Assembly: GCA_050239825.1 (NCBI GenBank)
Contig: JBFXGO010000041.1
Location: 1 to 19,067, forward strand
DNA: 19,067 nt
Source: a bacterium
Lineage (GTDB): Bacteria; Hydrothermota; 32-111
Reading direction: 5' to 3'
The position numbers and the translations under genes are program-made. Below are positions 16,281 to 19,067 of this stretch, in pieces (position 1 is the stretch's first letter; the number at the start of each line of letters is the position of its first letter). Below the pieces are notes generated by a model, which was not told where the DNA came from, made no database searches, and saw nothing but the letters and a program-made list of their open reading frames with translations.

Positions 16281-17557
16281 TTTTCCCCCTTTTCAAGTTT
16301 TTTCAGTTCTTCTTTCATTATCACTATGCATTCATCAAGCTTCGCCTTGCCCTGAACTATATCTTCGGCAAATGCCATGCAGGTAGGGCATCCGCATGCT
16401 CCGCAGTCGAGCCCGGGAAGCTTCTGCTCTATCTCTTTTATCTTTTCCATCTTGTTTAGCGCCGCATTTATGTCCGGATCAAGCACAATGGGACGGGGGA
16501 GCAGTTTCTCTTTCAGCAGAAACTCTCTCTCTTTCAAATCCAAAGACTCTTCTCTGCCTGCTTCAATCTCCTTCATTGTCTTTGCTATGTTTTCAATTCT
16601 CTCCTTTGCCACAAAACTATTCTCAACATTGAAAATTCCGCCCACACAGCCGCCGGGACATGCCTGAGCTTCTATGTAATCAAACTGAGTGACATCATCA
16701 TCTTCAACCTTTTCAAGAACCTTTATGACATTATGTATTCCGTCGACAGAGAGTTTTCTAACTTTGCCCTTTATGGAATCATTCTCTCCGCCCTCTTTGC
16801 CCCAGAGAATCCCTCTCGGTCCTGCCTTTACAAGGTCGCGCCTCTTCACTATTTTGTCAATATGATTTATCAGATGTTCATAGATTTCGGCAATGGATAT
16901 TGTTCCGTCCACAGGAGAGACCTCGTCTCCCTCCGGGTCCTTCACTGATGTCACTTTCGCCGGACAGGGAGTTATGAAAAAAACGCCTATCTCTTTTTCG
17001 CTGATATTGAGTCTTTTTGCGGCTCTTCTCTTCGCCATTATTGCAGTGACATCCATTGGGGTCACGAGCGGGATAATGTTGGATATAAGAGAGGGAAAAC
17101 GCACCTGAATAAGCCTCACCACCGAAGGACAGGCTGATGAAATAAATGGTCTGATATCCCTGTGTTCTTCTATGTATTTTGCAATATAATCAGAGACAAT
17201 CTCGGCTCCGTATGCAACTTCCAGAACCTCATCAAAACCGCACTCTATCATGCCACCGAGAATCCCGGCTATCTCAAGCCTCTCCGGGAACTGCCCCACA
17301 ATAGAGGGAGCCGGTATCGCTATCCTGTGCTTGAAGTTTTCCAGCATTTTCAGTGTATCGGAGACCGCATATTTAGCATGATTTGGACAAGTTCTTATAC
17401 ATTCTCCGCAGTCAATGCACCTCTCCTCAATTATGGACGCTTTTCCGTTTCTGATTCTTATTGCCTCCGTAGGACACCTTCTCATGCAATGGGTGCATCC
17501 CTTGCAGTCATCCTCTTTCAAACGGACAGAATGAAAATATTTAATCATTCTTTCCAT
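16277..17557 (-). CDS. Putative sensory/regulatory [FeFe]-hydrogenase-like Fe-S protein
   Basis: N-terminal 2[4Fe-4S] (CKGCTHC...CP; CIDCGEC...CP); divergent H-cluster motifs SSACPS, TPCPAK and EAQACPGGCVGG; C-terminal FeS domain LPGLDCGACGCPTC...C. Start ATG 17557 after AGGAG. Confidence 0.87.
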   Translation of the reverse strand: MERMIKYFHSVRLKEDDCKGCTHCMRRCPTEAIRIRNGKASIIEERCIDCGECIRTCPNHAKYAVSDTLKMLENFKHRIAIPAPSIVGQFPERLEIAGILGGMIECGFDEVLEVAYGAEIVSDYIAKYIEEHRDIRPFISSACPSVVRLIQVRFPSLISNIIPLVTPMDVTAIMAKRRAAKRLNISEKEIGVFFITPCPAKVTSVKDPEGDEVSPVDGTISIAEIYEHLINHIDKIVKRRDLVKAGPRGILWGKEGGENDSIKGKVRKLSVDGIHNVIKVLEKVEDDDVTQFDYIEAQACPGGCVGGIFNVENSFVAKERIENIAKTMKEIEAGREESLDLKEREFLLKEKLLPRPIVLDPDINAALNKMEKIKEIEQKLPGLDCGACGCPTCMAFAEDIVQGKAKLDECIVIMKEELKKLEKGEK

Positions 17558-17978
17558 TATCTCTCCTGACAATGAAATCCACTGTTGTTCCTGTAGGCAC
17601 AACACTCTCGACATTCAGCACATCAGTATTCTTTTTTATATTGGGAAGCCCCATGCCCGCTCCGAATCCAAGTTCGCGAATTCTCTCCGGAGCAGTTGAA
17701 TATCCCTCTTTCATTGCCATCTCGACATTTTCAATGCCCGGTCCATTATCCTTAACAACAACCCTTACCTCATTCGGAGTTATTACTGCCCGCAGATGTC
17801 CGTCAGATGCATGAACCACCACATTCATCTCAGCTTCATAACTTGAAACGACTATCCTTTTTATGATATCGGGAGGATACCCTATCTGCTTAAGAGTATT
17901 CTTGAGGGCGCTTGATGCAGAGCCTGCCCTGTCAAAATCATTGTGCTTAATGTCAAAATCAAGCTCAATGGTTGTCAT
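17541..17978 (-). CDS. RsbT/anti-sigma-type Ser/Thr kinase (HATPase fold)
   Basis: YEAEMNVVVHA, DNGPGI, EGYSTA and GFGAGMGLPNIK. Confidence 0.88.
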   Translation of the reverse strand: MTTIELDFDIKHNDFDRAGSASSALKNTLKQIGYPPDIIKRIVVSSYEAEMNVVVHASDGHLRAVITPNEVRVVVKDNGPGIENVEMAMKEGYSTAPERIRELGFGAGMGLPNIKKNTDVLNVESVVPTGTTVDFIVRRDNGKND

Positions 17979-18327
17979 GCGCCACCTTTTTGTGCTTTAA
18001 TCCCTTTCCATAGAGGATTCCGCAGGTTTCAAACATATCAAATTCCGTTACAAGAAGCGCTATTCCATTCTTTTCAGCCAGTGTGACCATCTCTTTTGTA
18101 GGAGTCTTTCCCCTGACAAAAACTATGCACGACGATTCAACCATTTCAGCGGTTCTGATAGCCTGAAGATTTACAAGGTTCGTCACTATGACCGACTCCC
18201 TATCTGCAAGAAGCAGAACTTCACTCATAAGGTCTGATGCGCATATAGACTTTACTTCTTTGGCCCCAGCCTGCAGATTGCAGAACGGACAGTTTAGAAG
18301 GTTCTTCAATTCAGACAAATTCATCAT
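17965..18327 (-). CDS. DRTGG-domain protein
   Basis: ASDLMSEVL...TNLVNLQAIRTAEM...IVFVRGK...MFETCGILY. Confidence 0.85.
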   Translation of the reverse strand: MMNLSELKNLLNCPFCNLQAGAKEVKSICASDLMSEVLLLADRESVIVTNLVNLQAIRTAEMVESSCIVFVRGKTPTKEMVTLAEKNGIALLVTEFDMFETCGILYGKGLKHKKVAHDNH

Positions 18328-18427
18328 TACTCCATATATAATAAATTTGATTGCAGATGCTTTTTATTTCGGGGAAACAAACCCGAGCTTCAGCTAATCT
18401 CAATCATGTACATCTACGAGCGTATGC

Positions 18428-18445
18428 TCGTTATTTTTTTCACTA
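18428..18445. promoter_or_regulatory. Possible Rex operator
   Basis: TCGTTAT-tttt-TTCACTA matches 10 of 14 positions of TTGTGAA-N4-TTCACAA, just downstream of the predicted transcription start. Confidence 0.4.
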
Positions 18446-18457
18446 AATGTCCATAAT

Positions 18458-18485
18458 ATTATAATAATTAAGCAAATAAAGTCAA
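18458..18485 (-). promoter_or_regulatory. Sigma70-type promoter of the hydrogenase operon
   Basis: TTGACT (18485-18480), 16 nt, TATAAT (18463-18458). Confidence 0.65.
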
Positions 18486-18536
18486 GAGAGGGAAATATAG
18501 GCCCGAATGTCATTAAATCCATTTATTATCAGGGGA

Positions 18537-19067
18537 TTATTTTCTGATTCTGAGTCTGCCGAGTTTAGAGCTGAACTCCTCGTATTCGCCTCCCTTCATA
18601 ATAGAACCTATATGCGTCATGGAGACAGAGAAATAGACTATCGACATAAACGCGGCCATTGTTATTATTGCATAAGATTTCCCTATGAAATAGGCATAAA
18701 AAGGCATTGCCGTCATCATCAAAAGAGCCATCAGAGCAGGTCTCTTTGTTATTATTGCCAGAAGAATTGTTATTGCGATGAATATAAATATTATATCAGG
18801 AATAATACCCATAAGTGCTCCAAGTGAAGTCGAAAGCCCCGTGCCCCCTTTGAATCCTATGAATACCGGGAAAATATGCCCTAAAACCGCAAAGAGTCCG
18901 CAGATTATGACGGTTATTTCATTACTCAAGGTCAGACTCCCCAAAACATGTCTTGCAATGACAACCGGTATCAAGCCTTTTAGAATGTCAAATACTGCAG
19001 TTAGAGCTCCCACTCTGAATCCCCCCTCCAAAAATGCATTTGTGGCTCCAATGTTCTTCCTTTGTCC
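18537..19067 (-). CDS. PlsY-family glycerol-3-phosphate acyltransferase-like membrane protein (5' end outside the window)
   Basis: The frame is open to the window edge: GQRKNIGATNAFL..., FDILKG, AVLGHIFPVFIGFKGG; several transmembrane helices. Confidence 0.85.
   Translation of the reverse strand, partial: GQRKNIGATNAFLEGGFRVGALTAVFDILKGLIPVVIARHVLGSLTLSNEITVIICGLFAVLGHIFPVFIGFKGGTGLSTSLGALMGIIPDIIFIFIAITILLAIITKRPALMALLMMTAMPFYAYFIGKSYAIITMAAFMSIVYFSVSMTHIGSIMKGGEYEEFSSKLGRLRIRK

Noticed and set aside
18446..18473. Possible dif site (CATAA-N6 arm)
   Set aside because: The XerD arm does not match TTATGTTAAAT; the sequence is better explained as the -10 region.
1673..18827. The many plus-strand ORFs in the track (for example 10151-10633, 11093-11521, 11525-12037, 12680-13141)
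   Set aside because: They lie antisense to well-supported minus-strand genes and show no recognisable motifs, so they are treated as shadow ORFs.

Overview
Bacterial chromosomal window, with almost all genes on the minus strand. From left to right: (i) the 3' end of an IS630-family element (1-252) inserted at CTAG into the last gene of an AT-rich operon of four unknown secreted or membrane proteins; (ii) a palindrome- and repeat-rich stretch (2284-3260) containing a decayed lipoprotein gene; (iii) an operon of an M14 carboxypeptidase, trmFO and xerC, apparently transcribed as a leaderless mRNA; (iv) a roughly 700-bp intergenic region with no convincing gene, rich in repeats and predicted RNA structure; (v) a 12-gene [FeFe]-hydrogenase operon (8315-18327) with a DRTGG/RsbT-like/sensory-hydrogenase/PHP/HATPase regulatory block; (vi) a partial, divergent plsY-like gene. 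The most striking feature is the hydrogenase. One catalytic HydA is encoded with two different NuoE/NuoF diaphorase modules. One carries electron-bifurcating signatures but lacks the C-terminal 2[4Fe-4S] domain; the other carries non-bifurcating signatures and has lost its N-terminal [2Fe-2S] ligands. All calls come from reading motifs by eye; no searches were run.
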